A program made the position numbers and the translations under genes. Under the pieces are notes generated by a model. It was not told the DNA's origin. It did no database searches and worked only from the letters and a program-made list of their open reading frames with translations. Of a DNA stretch of 64,000 nt, positions 37,636 through 48,843 are shown piece after piece. Origin of the DNA: Armatimonadota bacterium (GTDB lineage Bacteria > Armatimonadota > SYMT01). The stretch covers positions 299,511 through 363,510 of the forward strand of contig JAWLHY010000010.1 of the NCBI GenBank assembly GCA_041690135.1, given 5' to 3'. Position 1 is the stretch's first letter. Each line of letters opens with the position of its first letter.

Positions 37636-38538
37636 ATGCTCCGGAGAACTAACCTCCTTCCCGCACGGCTGGCCGCGGGTGCTCTGGCGGCGAGCGGCGT
37701 ACTGCTCGGTGTGGCCCTGACCCCGCGTCCCGCGCCGGCCCAGGCGCTGAGCGGCTTCGACGTGTACCGGACCCACTGCGGCGGCTGCCATGAGCTTTAT
37801 GATCCGGAAGACCCCAAGCGGACCCGGAAAGAATGGGATACGATCGTCGTACGAATGATCAAGGAGCGCGGGGCCACCCTCAACAAGCAGGAGGTCACCG
37901 CCGTTCTCAACTACCTGGACAGTTTTAACCGGCCCCCGCGGCAGATCCGTTGGCTCGACCAGCCGGCGAAGTCGCGGAAGGCCGCCCTCACCGCCCAGGA
38001 CGCCGGGAAGCTGCCGGCCGAGTGGGTCGACCTCACTCTGGGGACCGACCAGGTGGTGCCGTGGGCCGTCCAGGCGGATGCTTCCGGCAAGGCCTTCTAC
38101 CTCTCCCCGCTCAAAGCCGCGGGAGAGAACCAGTACCCGGCGCTGATCGACAACACGGGGCTGGTGGATGACGGCACGGCTACCGCCCGCGTCCAGATCG
38201 TCTCGGGAAAGAACCCCGTGGGCGCCGGCATCCTCTTCGGATACCGCAACACACAGGCGTTCTACGGAGTCCGGATCAGCCCGCGGGACGTGGTCCTCTA
38301 CGAGGTCAACGGCGGCCAGCGTGCCCTGCTGGCCCGCGCCCCCCTGGCCCTCCCCAACAAGCAGTGGCATACGCTCGGAGTATCGGTCAAGGGCAAGCAG
38401 GTCACCATCGCCGTCAACGGCAAGCCGATGGGCAACCTCACCCGCACCCTCAACGGCTACCAGGGCGGGCGCCTCGGGCTGCACACCCAGGGGGATACCG
38501 TCGCCCTGTTCGACCAGTGGCAGGTCGAGGTGCAGTAA
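37636..38538 (+). CDS. Secreted monoheme cytochrome c fused to concanavalin/DUF1080-like domain
   Basis: Signal peptide; CGGCH with W..IV.RM distal Met; C-terminal WHTL...VNGK...GRLGL...FD. Confidence 0.82.
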   Translation: MLRRTNLLPARLAAGALAASGVLLGVALTPRPAPAQALSGFDVYRTHCGGCHELYDPEDPKRTRKEWDTIVVRMIKERGATLNKQEVTAVLNYLDSFNRPPRQIRWLDQPAKSRKAALTAQDAGKLPAEWVDLTLGTDQVVPWAVQADASGKAFYLSPLKAAGENQYPALIDNTGLVDDGTATARVQIVSGKNPVGAGILFGYRNTQAFYGVRISPRDVVLYEVNGGQRALLARAPLALPNKQWHTLGVSVKGKQVTIAVNGKPMGNLTRTLNGYQGGRLGLHTQGDTVALFDQWQVEVQ

Positions 38539-38560
38539 CCCGACTACTCAAAGCCCAGTC

Positions 38561-38604
38561 AAAAGCAGCAGGCATCGCGGCACACCGCGGTGCCTGCTGC
38601 TTTT
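38561..38604 (+). terminator. Intrinsic terminator (bidirectional)
   Basis: AAAAGCAGCAGGCATCGCGG-CACA-CCGCGGTGCCTGCTGCTTTT. Confidence 0.9.
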
Positions 38605-38674
38605 GTACAACACGAGCGAAAGAATTCTCGACGCGGGCGAACTTTCTGGCAGTCCCGGCGCCTCTGGTTCATGA

Positions 38675-39274
38675 ATGCACGCTCCTGACGCTCTCAATTC
38701 CACCCTGGCCTCCCCGGATGCTCTGCTTGCGTCCTCGTCCGAGCCATTGGCCGATGAGGAGGCCCGCTGGGTCGCGGCTGCAACCCGGGGAGATGCAGAA
38801 GCGACGCTGGAACTGCTGGCGCGCTACCGCCCGCCGTTGGTCCGGCTATTGGCCGGCGTGATGGGCGATTGGAGCGCGGCGGAAGACGCGGTGCAGGAGA
38901 GTTTCCTGCAGGCGTTCCGGAACCTGAAGCAATTGCGAGACCCGCACCGGTTCTATCCCTGGGTGCGGCGGTCGGCCCTACGCCTCGCTGTGAAAGCCGT
39001 GCGGGGGCGCAAAGAGCTGCCTTTCGAAGCGGCCGCCGATATGGCGACCACCGGAGACCCCGCCGGCGTGGTGGAACAGCGGATCCTGATCGCCGAGATC
39101 CTGGCCCGGATTCCGGCCGACCTGCGGGTTACCCTGGTGCTGCGGGAGATGGAAGGCATGGATTACGCGGAAATCGCCGAAGAGCTCGGCATCCCCATTG
39201 GAACCGTTCGCTCGCGCCTCTTCGCCGCACGCGAGCAGTTCCGCCGGGTGTGGGAGGAGCGCCATGCCGATTGA
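38675..39274 (+). CDS. ECF RNA polymerase sigma factor
   Basis: AEDAVQESF, F..W and YAEIAEELGIPIGTVRSRL motifs. Confidence 0.95.
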   Translation: MHAPDALNSTLASPDALLASSSEPLADEEARWVAAATRGDAEATLELLARYRPPLVRLLAGVMGDWSAAEDAVQESFLQAFRNLKQLRDPHRFYPWVRRSALRLAVKAVRGRKELPFEAAADMATTGDPAGVVEQRILIAEILARIPADLRVTLVLREMEGMDYAEIAEELGIPIGTVRSRLFAAREQFRRVWEERHAD

Positions 39275-39296
39275 ACCTGGAGACGGGGAGGGAACC

Positions 39297-39875
39297 ATGA
39301 ACGACCGCGAAGATTGCCGGCAGACCCGCCGGCTCTGGATGGACCGTTTCGACGGTGGTGAGCGAACCGGAATCCTACCGGATGCCCAGGAGCAGCACCT
39401 CGATCGCTGTGCCGCCTGCCGTGCGTTCATCAGCGCCGCGGCCCAGGCACGGGCCGCAATCGCGGCGATGCCGCTTCCCGCACCGGATCTCCGCGCCGAC
39501 CGGGAGCTACTGGAAGCTCTCTCGCAGCCAGTGCGACGGACGGGGTGGCTGGAGCGCTTGCGGACCGCTTTCAACCCGGTTAGCCTCCGGCCCCTACTTG
39601 CGGCGGGAATGGCTTCGTTCGCCGTCACCCTGGGGGTGGGGGCAACACTGGCCACGGCGCCCGTCCGCCCGCCGGTGGCTGGAAGCTCGGACTATGCCGA
39701 AGAGGCGCCGACCCGCCGGGCGGAGGGCGACTACGAAGCCCGCCTGGAGGAGTGGATCGCGGAGCCGGCGTCCCGGCTGCGACCCCGGCGGCCCCAGCGA
39801 TTTCCCCGGCCCGCCGTGCCGCGAAAGCGCCCCAGCGAGCGCAGCGACAGTATTCCTTCCAGCCACCGCGCCTGA
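39297..39875 (+). CDS. Zinc-binding anti-sigma factor (zf-HC2)
   Basis: HLDRCAAC motif and one TM helix; follows the ECF gene. Confidence 0.85.
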   Translation: MNDREDCRQTRRLWMDRFDGGERTGILPDAQEQHLDRCAACRAFISAAAQARAAIAAMPLPAPDLRADRELLEALSQPVRRTGWLERLRTAFNPVSLRPLLAAGMASFAVTLGVGATLATAPVRPPVAGSSDYAEEAPTRRAEGDYEARLEEWIAEPASRLRPRRPQRFPRPAVPRKRPSERSDSIPSSHRA

Positions 39876-39907
39876 AGAGGCCTGCCATCAGGAGAGGAGA
39901 GAGGCAT

Positions 39908-41878
39908 ATGTCCACACCGAGACTGCGGCTCCAGATCGCGCAAGACGAAGCGGAACGACCGGCGGACACGCACGTCCTCTTCCGCCAGCAGATGGGATGG
40001 GTGATGCTGCTGGGAGCCTTCCTGGCCCTGCTGTGTATTCCGCCCTTCCGGCGCACCTTTCTCACGCAAGCCCGTGCTGCCTGGACTTACCACATGCCGG
40101 CGTGGGCGGAGCGCAACGAGGCCCACCGCCAACGCCTGGCGTCCATCCTCGACCGAAGCCCGAATGCGTTCCCTCTCCAACTGGGTGGGCTCATCGCGGG
40201 GGCAGAGGACACTCAAGCACCTGCATGGACAGCGTCGTACAGCAGCACTCGTGCCGTCCCGGGAACCCGCAATCCGGACCGCCAATTTCACTATGCCACG
40301 GAGGAAGGCAGCCGCCACGATCCCTGGGTCCTCTACTACGAAAACATTGCGGAGCGCTTCCCCGAAGAACCGGCGGCTCTGGCATCCTACCTGCGGATCC
40401 TCACACAGCGGGTAATCAAGATCCATCGGCCGGAGCGAAGGGAAGCGTCGGACCCCAAGCAGCCCCTTCACTTTCTCGATCCGGGGTTGCTGAAGCGCGT
40501 GGAAAACCACGTGGAGCGTGGCCGGAGAATCGATCCGGAGAACGGATACTTTCCCACGATGCTCGCCGTGGCGCAGATCGCGGCCGGAAAGGATGAAGCA
40601 GCCCTGGATAGCCTGGCCGCCGCGGCGCTTTGCCCCAAATGGCACGACTACGCCTACCAAGAGGGTTACGGCGCGCGGGACCTGCTGATCCGCGCTTACG
40701 GCGACCACGGGCTGGCGATGCACGCCACCGGGCCGTTCAGCATAGTTCTCCCGCACTTCTCATTCATCCGCGCAACCGTCCGGGTGGCGCGTGACATCGC
40801 CGATGCGGAAGCGCGTGCCGGAAACACCGCCGCGGAGCACGCCATCCGCACGGACCTGATTCGCCTGGGGTCGGTGATGCGCTCCAGTGGCGACACCCTG
40901 ATCGGCCGGCTCGTCGGAAATGCAATCCGCGAGATCGGCTTCCGTCCCTGGCAAACGGAAGATCGGGCACGCCCCCACTCGGAGGACCGCCAGGCAGCGC
41001 TTCTGGAAGAGTTCACCGCCTATGCCCGTGAGGTGAGCCGCAAGGCTCCCCACCTGGCGGCGCAGGTGGAAGCCGACCTCGTGGCTTATCGCGACCATCC
41101 CGTATCCAAGGAAACGCGGCACCTGACCGACCCGTACCGGCGCCTGCTGTTCCTGGCCCAGGTGCGCGAAGTGACGGGCCTCACCCTCCTCCATCAGGCC
41201 GGGGTCGCGCTCGCCACCTGGGCTTTCGCGGCCCTGCTGGCTCTGACGGCCGCCTGGATCTCCGGCCGGCGGCTTGTGGCCCGAACGGGTAGCCAGCGGT
41301 GGTCCGAATATTCGGTTTTCACACGCCTGCTGCTCCTGGGGGTCGGCATACTGCCGTTCCTCTTTTCCCTCCTGGTGGGGATGCCCGATTTCACCGCTTC
41401 GCTGGTACTGGGTATCGGCGCGCTTCTCATCATTCGCAAGCTGGCCGTGGGAAGCGATCTGCCGTGGTCCGGGCGGCAGGTGGGCTTTCTTACCGTGTTG
41501 GGTTTGGTTGGCGCCACAGCGGGGCTTCTCGCGTCCGGACAGCCCATCAACGAAACCTGGGGCCAGGTGTGCCCCCTCGCGACGTACGTGACGACAGATG
41601 ATGGGATACGGGCCTTCGACGAAGATGCCTGGGCGGGTATGGCCCTACCCCTCCCGCTGGCGCTCGCGGTGCTAGTGCTGCTGATCGGCTTCGTGCGTGG
41701 TGCCTCAACCGCGAGCCTGTTCCACGGGCTACGGGCCTCGGCGAAGGCGGCCAGCGCGATCCTGGTTACGGCGTACCTCGCCACCCTGCTCTGGACCGTG
41801 CCGGCCGATCGCGCCGCAACACAGGCCTTCGATCAATTCCTGGATCGGGAGATTCACGGAACGGTGAATCTCCCGTGA
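39908..41878 (+). CDS. Hypothetical polytopic membrane protein with large helical extracytoplasmic domain
   Basis: N-terminal TM, TPR-like DPENGY segment, about 6 C-terminal TMs; RBS GGAGAGG. Confidence 0.8.
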   Translation: MSTPRLRLQIAQDEAERPADTHVLFRQQMGWVMLLGAFLALLCIPPFRRTFLTQARAAWTYHMPAWAERNEAHRQRLASILDRSPNAFPLQLGGLIAGAEDTQAPAWTASYSSTRAVPGTRNPDRQFHYATEEGSRHDPWVLYYENIAERFPEEPAALASYLRILTQRVIKIHRPERREASDPKQPLHFLDPGLLKRVENHVERGRRIDPENGYFPTMLAVAQIAAGKDEAALDSLAAAALCPKWHDYAYQEGYGARDLLIRAYGDHGLAMHATGPFSIVLPHFSFIRATVRVARDIADAEARAGNTAAEHAIRTDLIRLGSVMRSSGDTLIGRLVGNAIREIGFRPWQTEDRARPHSEDRQAALLEEFTAYAREVSRKAPHLAAQVEADLVAYRDHPVSKETRHLTDPYRRLLFLAQVREVTGLTLLHQAGVALATWAFAALLALTAAWISGRRLVARTGSQRWSEYSVFTRLLLLGVGILPFLFSLLVGMPDFTASLVLGIGALLIIRKLAVGSDLPWSGRQVGFLTVLGLVGATAGLLASGQPINETWGQVCPLATYVTTDDGIRAFDEDAWAGMALPLPLALAVLVLLIGFVRGASTASLFHGLRASAKAASAILVTAYLATLLWTVPADRAATQAFDQFLDREIHGTVNLP

Positions 41879-41895
41879 TCCTTTCGACTAAGCCC

Positions 41896-43979
<2,084 letters not shown>

Positions 43980-43999
43980 GGGTCGGATCTCCTCCGGAA

Positions 44000-45322
44000 T
44001 CAAGAAGGCAGCCGGCGCAGGCGAGCCACCAGCAGCAGGCTCACGGTGAAGTAGAGGATGCCCGCAGCCTGCAGCTCGATCCGCATGCCGATCTCATCCA
44101 CCAGCTTCGTCACCAGCAGGGCCGCGAACGGCATCACCCCGGTGAACATCATCGTGTACAGTGCCATCACCCGCCCGCGGATGTGGTCTTCCGCCAGCTC
44201 TTGCACGATGATCGAGGCCAGCCCCAGCGAGTGGGCGATGGCCACCGACTGCAGCCCGATGGCGGGGACGGCCAGCCAGAGCCCCGGCGCCCAGGCCAGG
44301 AGACTCATGGAGACGAGGATCACTCCCGTGCAGAGAGCGATCCGGTTCACCCGCTGCGCCGGCGGCGTGCTAAGGAGCAGCGCGGCGCCCAGGAGCGAGC
44401 CGGCTCCCGACACCGACATCAGGATCCCCAGGCCGCCCGCACCCACCTGCAACACCTGCCGGGCATAGTAGGGAGTGAGCACGGCCAGGTTCGGGAAGAT
44501 ACAGAAGGTGGTGATCCCCGTAAGCCCCAGCAGGGCCACGATCTGGGGACGGTCGCGCACGTAGCGGACCCCTTCTTTCATCATCGCGCCCGCGGAAGTG
44601 TGCGGCAGGCCCGGGGCCGGACGGCGCGGCCGGATCATCCCCAACGCCACGATGACGGCCAGAAAGCTGGCGGCATTGGCGAAAAAGGCGGAGGCGGTTC
44701 CCCACAGCGCGATCATCCATCCCGCCACGGCCGGACCGATGATCCGCGACCCGTGAAAGGTGGCCTGGTTCAGCGAGATCGCCTGCGGCAGCTCTTCCTT
44801 CTCGATCAACTGGGGATAGAAGGACTGGTACGCCGGCAGTTCGTAAGCCGTGGCGATGCCGAGCGGAAGGGCCAGCAGATAGACGTGCCAGAGCTCCAAC
44901 CGACCCTGGTAGACCAGAACCCCCGTGACGGCGGCCAGCACCAGCAAGACCCACTGCGTGTACAGGAGAATCGCGCGCCGGTCGAAGCGGTCCGCCGCCA
45001 CCCCACCCAGCGGCATCAACACCAGCGTGGGCAGCGCCATCGCGAAGTTGACGAGCCCCAACGCGAACGCTTCCTTCGTCAGGTTGGTCACCACCCAACC
45101 CTGCGCGAACCCCTGCATCCAGGAACCGACCAGCGAGACGGCCTGCCCCGCCCAGAACAGGGCGAACTCCCGGTGCCGCAGCACCGCGAGCGGCCCGCGA
45201 CCGCGAGCGGTTACGGGTTTGGAGGCCAATTCGGCTCCGGCCTCACCTTCCGCTTTTTCTCCGGCACCCTCGGAAGGTCCGGACACCGGTCTGTCGTTCG
45301 GATTCGCTTCGGCCGTCTCCAT
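44000..45322 (-). CDS. MFS transporter (MFS_3 type)
   Basis: FWAGQAVSLVGSWMQ, GVAADRFDRR and RGRVM motifs; about 12 TMs. Confidence 0.92.
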   Translation of the reverse strand: METAEANPNDRPVSGPSEGAGEKAEGEAGAELASKPVTARGRGPLAVLRHREFALFWAGQAVSLVGSWMQGFAQGWVVTNLTKEAFALGLVNFAMALPTLVLMPLGGVAADRFDRRAILLYTQWVLLVLAAVTGVLVYQGRLELWHVYLLALPLGIATAYELPAYQSFYPQLIEKEELPQAISLNQATFHGSRIIGPAVAGWMIALWGTASAFFANAASFLAVIVALGMIRPRRPAPGLPHTSAGAMMKEGVRYVRDRPQIVALLGLTGITTFCIFPNLAVLTPYYARQVLQVGAGGLGILMSVSGAGSLLGAALLLSTPPAQRVNRIALCTGVILVSMSLLAWAPGLWLAVPAIGLQSVAIAHSLGLASIIVQELAEDHIRGRVMALYTMMFTGVMPFAALLVTKLVDEIGMRIELQAAGILYFTVSLLLVARLRRLPS

Positions 45323-45443
45323 AGCAAGGCAGTATAACCGGCGCCTTCCAAAGCTGTTAACCGCAAGTGGATGACAGCCTGCCGGGCACGTCCCTCCGCC
45401 GATATAACTCCGTGAGTGCTTCTTACTTTTGGTACCCGGAGGA

Positions 45444-46466
45444 ATGAGCGTGATCGGTATCGGCATCATCGGCGGCGGGCGCATCTGCGGCGCTCACGCC
45501 TCGGCGGCAACGGCGCTGCCCCAAACACGACTGGCGGCCATCGCGGAAGTGGATCCGGAGCGGCTGGCCCAACAGACGGAGCGCTGGGGCTGCAAGGGCT
45601 ATGCGGACTATCGCGAGATGCTCCAGGACCCGGAGGTCCAGGCGGTCATCATTTGCCTGCCGCACTTCCTGCATAAGGACGTCACCGTCGACTGCCTCCA
45701 GGCCGGCCGCCACGTGCTGCTGGAGAAGCCGATGGCGATGACCACCGAGGAGTGCGACGCCATGATCGCCGCCCGCGATGCCGCGGGGAAGGTGCTGATG
45801 GTCGCGCACACCCACCACTTCTTCCCCGTGAACCTGAAGGCCAGGCGGATCATCCAGGACGGCGGCATCGGGAACCTGGTCCTGGCCACCGACACCTGGT
45901 ACAAGGCCTTTTGGGACGGGCAGCGCCCCGCATGGTTCCTGGAAGCGGAGAAAGGCGGGGGGATGTGGCCGATGAACGGGAGCCACATGATCGACCGTCT
46001 CACCTTCTTCACGGGCAGCGAAGTAGTGGCGGTCAAGGCGAAGATCGGCAGCCCCTTCTTTGGCCTCTCCGCTACCGACATGGGCGTGGCCTACCTGGAC
46101 TTCGCCAACGGCGTTCCCGCCACCATCATGCACGCCGGTTTCCGCGAAGGGGTGAACCGCTTTGAGGCGGAGATCACCGGCACCGAGGGTCAGCTCCGGT
46201 TCAGCGGCGACAACGGCGGGGGAAAGACCCTCTGGATCAGCCGCGAGCGCCGCTGGGACGAGATCACGGTGGAGCCGCCGGTCCTGCCTGCGAAACCGGG
46301 CACCGAGGCCCCGGCGCCCGGTATCGGGACTGAGGTCCACGAGTTCGCCCTCTCCATCCTGGAAGGCCGCGAGCCCGCCGTTACCGCAGAGTACGGGCGA
46401 CAGATCGTGCGGGTGCTGGAAGCATGTGAAGAAAGCAGCCGCACCGGGCGGGAAGTCCGCCTCTAA
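45444..46466 (+). CDS. Gfo/Idh/MocA oxidoreductase
   Basis: GIIGGG, HVLLEKPMA and GGG...NGSHMID motifs. Confidence 0.93.
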   Translation: MSVIGIGIIGGGRICGAHASAATALPQTRLAAIAEVDPERLAQQTERWGCKGYADYREMLQDPEVQAVIICLPHFLHKDVTVDCLQAGRHVLLEKPMAMTTEECDAMIAARDAAGKVLMVAHTHHFFPVNLKARRIIQDGGIGNLVLATDTWYKAFWDGQRPAWFLEAEKGGGMWPMNGSHMIDRLTFFTGSEVVAVKAKIGSPFFGLSATDMGVAYLDFANGVPATIMHAGFREGVNRFEAEITGTEGQLRFSGDNGGGKTLWISRERRWDEITVEPPVLPAKPGTEAPAPGIGTEVHEFALSILEGREPAVTAEYGRQIVRVLEACEESSRTGREVRL

Positions 46467-46480
46467 CTAACGCTCGCCGG

Positions 46481-47491
46481 TCAGGGAAGTTTCTGGCCGG
46501 CGAGTGTCTTCTCCATCGCGGCGCGAACTTCGGGGTGGGTTTCACGCACGAAGGCGGCCTGCAGCCGCTTGACCCGGACCTCGTTAAGGTAATGGCGATT
46601 GAGGACGCGGGCGGCGCGAATGCGGACCGCCGGCTCGGGGTTCTTCTCCAGCATCTCGTAGAAGGCCGCGCCATCCACTCCGCTCCAGAAAAGCGCGCTG
46701 GCCGCCTGCTCCGCGACCTTCTCGTCCGGGTCGATGAGCGCGGCCCGGACGATCGCCGCCTTCGCCTCCTCGCGATCGGAGTTGTCGCGGTCCGTCGCCA
46801 CCGAACTCAAGGGGCTGATGGTGGCATGCCGGACGGCGGCGTTCCCATCCCGCAGGGCGTTCAGCAGGACCCGGTTCGCTTCCGGTGTGTCGAGCATCCG
46901 CAGCGCCCGGCAGGCATCGTTGTAGAAGTAGGGCTCGTCCTTCGGAAGTTCCGCCTTCAACGCCTTCTCCAGATGCATCACCCCGGCTGGATCCCCCACC
47001 CTGCCGAGAGCGATCAACACGTCGCTGCGACTGCAGGTGGCGGTGCGGCTGCCCTCGTAGGCGGTGGCGAGGAGGGTATCCCGGGGCGAACGGGTATCCC
47101 CCAGCGCCGCCAGGGTGCATGCGGCGGCAAGCCGGACATCGGGGCTGCGCTCTTCCCGAAGGATGCGCCGGAGCACCGATAGGTGGGTGCGGATCTCGGT
47201 ATGCTCCAACTCCCGGCACGCCTTGGCGCGGCGGCCTTCCGGCTCCCTCTCCGCCTGCACGATTTCGACCAGGCGCGCCACGGCCTCCTCCCCGTACTTC
47301 TTGGGTGCCGCGGACGCATGGGGCGTACCCACCAGCACTCCCACGACAACGGCCAGGCAACAGGCGTAGCTCGTGATGCGGGATTTGTAGTGCGTAATGC
47401 GTGATGCGTGAGCCGTAATGCGTGACGCGTGATGTGTGAGACTGGGGCACCGGAGGCGGTGCGGCGGTTGCAGGAGGCAGTGGAACTTCAT
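46481..47491 (-). CDS. Secreted HEAT-repeat protein with heptamer array in signal n-region
   Basis: VRLAAACTLAALGD and ALRDGNAAVR HEAT repeats; hydrophobic h-region ending ASA. Confidence 0.8.
   Translation of the reverse strand: MKFHCLLQPPHRLRCPSLTHHASRITAHASRITHYKSRITSYACCLAVVVGVLVGTPHASAAPKKYGEEAVARLVEIVQAEREPEGRRAKACRELEHTEIRTHLSVLRRILREERSPDVRLAAACTLAALGDTRSPRDTLLATAYEGSRTATCSRSDVLIALGRVGDPAGVMHLEKALKAELPKDEPYFYNDACRALRMLDTPEANRVLLNALRDGNAAVRHATISPLSSVATDRDNSDREEAKAAIVRAALIDPDEKVAEQAASALFWSGVDGAAFYEMLEKNPEPAVRIRAARVLNRHYLNEVRVKRLQAAFVRETHPEVRAAMEKTLAGQKLP
47363..47446 (-). repeat. Array of 12 degenerate heptamers (TYACGCA), in-frame
   Basis: Exact 7-bp phase over 84 nt; encodes HHASRITAHASRITHYKSRITSY. 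Confidence 0.85.
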
Positions 47492-47598
47492 GAGGTTTGG
47501 CCGGGCGCGCAGAATCGGAGGGGCGCCTCAGGTATTAGGACGCCTCAAACTGGTTAGTGTCTCAGCGATTTGCCGTCATCTGTAACGTCAGCGGGAAA

Positions 47599-48292
47599 CG
47601 GTTTGGCAGGAGGCTGCCGCGCTCGGGTAATCACAACTCCCCTGCCCAGGGGGCCTGCCACGCGCGCCCGGCGGAGCATTGGGCTTAGGGTCGGGTCACG
47701 GGGTGCAGGATCTCGGGGGCTGCGCTTCGGCCCTGAGGTGGGGAGCGGTTTGGCAAGAGGTTGCCACGTCCGTATAAGGACAGCTCCCCTGACCAGGGGG
47801 CCTGCCACGTCGGGTCACAAGGCGAGAGTTCATCGTGGCAGTGCTTCGGCCTTGCGGCGGTCTGTGGTCTGTGAAGTCGGTGGGGCCCTACCCCTCCTCG
47901 CAGAGACGCCTGCGGCACTCTTGCTTAAGGCCCTGGATCGTCATTGCGAGGCCGGCTATGCCGTCTTTCGCGCACGGGAATTTGCACTGCCGAGCAGTAG
48001 GGTGCGACCGTGAACCGCCGCAGTGCCGGTCGTGGCAATCCCCCTGGTGAATGGACCGGCGCCTGAAGACGGGAGTGCTGTGTGCTGGCTACTGGAGGCG
48101 GCGCTGAACATCGGAAGGCACAGGCTGTATCGCTTTGGCAGGAGGCTGCCGCGCTTGGGTAATCACAACTCCCCTGACCAGGGGGCCTGCCGCGTCGGGT
48201 ATCGAGGTGCGAGTTCAGGACGGCTGTGCTTCGACAGCGCTGCGGTGCTGGTCTGTGAAGTCGGTGGAGTTCTACCCCTCCTCGCAGTGACG
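47599..48292. repeat. REP/BIME-like intergenic mosaic
   Basis: Three copies of a ~64-bp unit (47599, 47746, 48131); the last two extend to ~162-bp direct repeats; inverted GTCATTGCGAG...GTGGCAATC copy between them. Confidence 0.8.
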
Positions 48293-48300
48293 ATTGTAGG

Positions 48301-48840
48301 CTATTCCTCTTTCGCCTCTGCGATATGGGGGCGGGCGAGGTGCCAGGCGGCGATGCTCTTGCAGTCGAGGATCTCGCCGTTCCGGATTCTGGCTTCCCAC
48401 TCCGCGACCGGGAGGAGGACCACTTCGATGCGCTCGTCTTCGTCCCCCTCGGCGCTGGCCTCGTAGAGGTCCTGCGCCAGGTAGACGTGCATGTACTCGT
48501 TGGTCCAGCCGGGCGCGAGATAAAACCCGCCGAGGCTGGTCACGCGTCGGGCGCAAAGACCGGCCTCTTCCGCCAGCTCGCGGTTAACGGAAGCCTCCGG
48601 CGTCTCCCCCGGATCGACGCCGCCCGCGGGGGTCTCCAGCAATTCCCGGCCGGTGGGATGACGGTACTGGCGCACCAGCACGATCCGCCCCTCGTTGTCG
48701 ACCGCCACGACGGTCATCGTCTCCCGGTGTTCGACCACTTCCATGCGGGTGACGTGACCGTCGTCCAGCCGGACCTCATCCACGCGGAGGGAGACGATTT
48801 TGCCTTCGAAGATCCTCTGGGTGTTCTGGATGGTTGGCAA
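48301..48840 (-). CDS. NUDIX hydrolase (ADP-ribose pyrophosphatase-like)
   Basis: VRQYRHP and PAGGVDPGETPEASVNRELAEEAG Nudix box. Confidence 0.92.
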   Translation of the reverse strand: MPTIQNTQRIFEGKIVSLRVDEVRLDDGHVTRMEVVEHRETMTVVAVDNEGRIVLVRQYRHPTGRELLETPAGGVDPGETPEASVNRELAEEAGLCARRVTSLGGFYLAPGWTNEYMHVYLAQDLYEASAEGDEDERIEVVLLPVAEWEARIRNGEILDCKSIAAWHLARPHIAEAKEE

Positions 48841-48843
48841 CGA

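Noticed and set aside
47599-48292. CRISPR array, riboswitch or coding ORFs
   Set aside because: Irregular spacing, no recognisable aptamer consensus, and the ORFs are just translations of repeats
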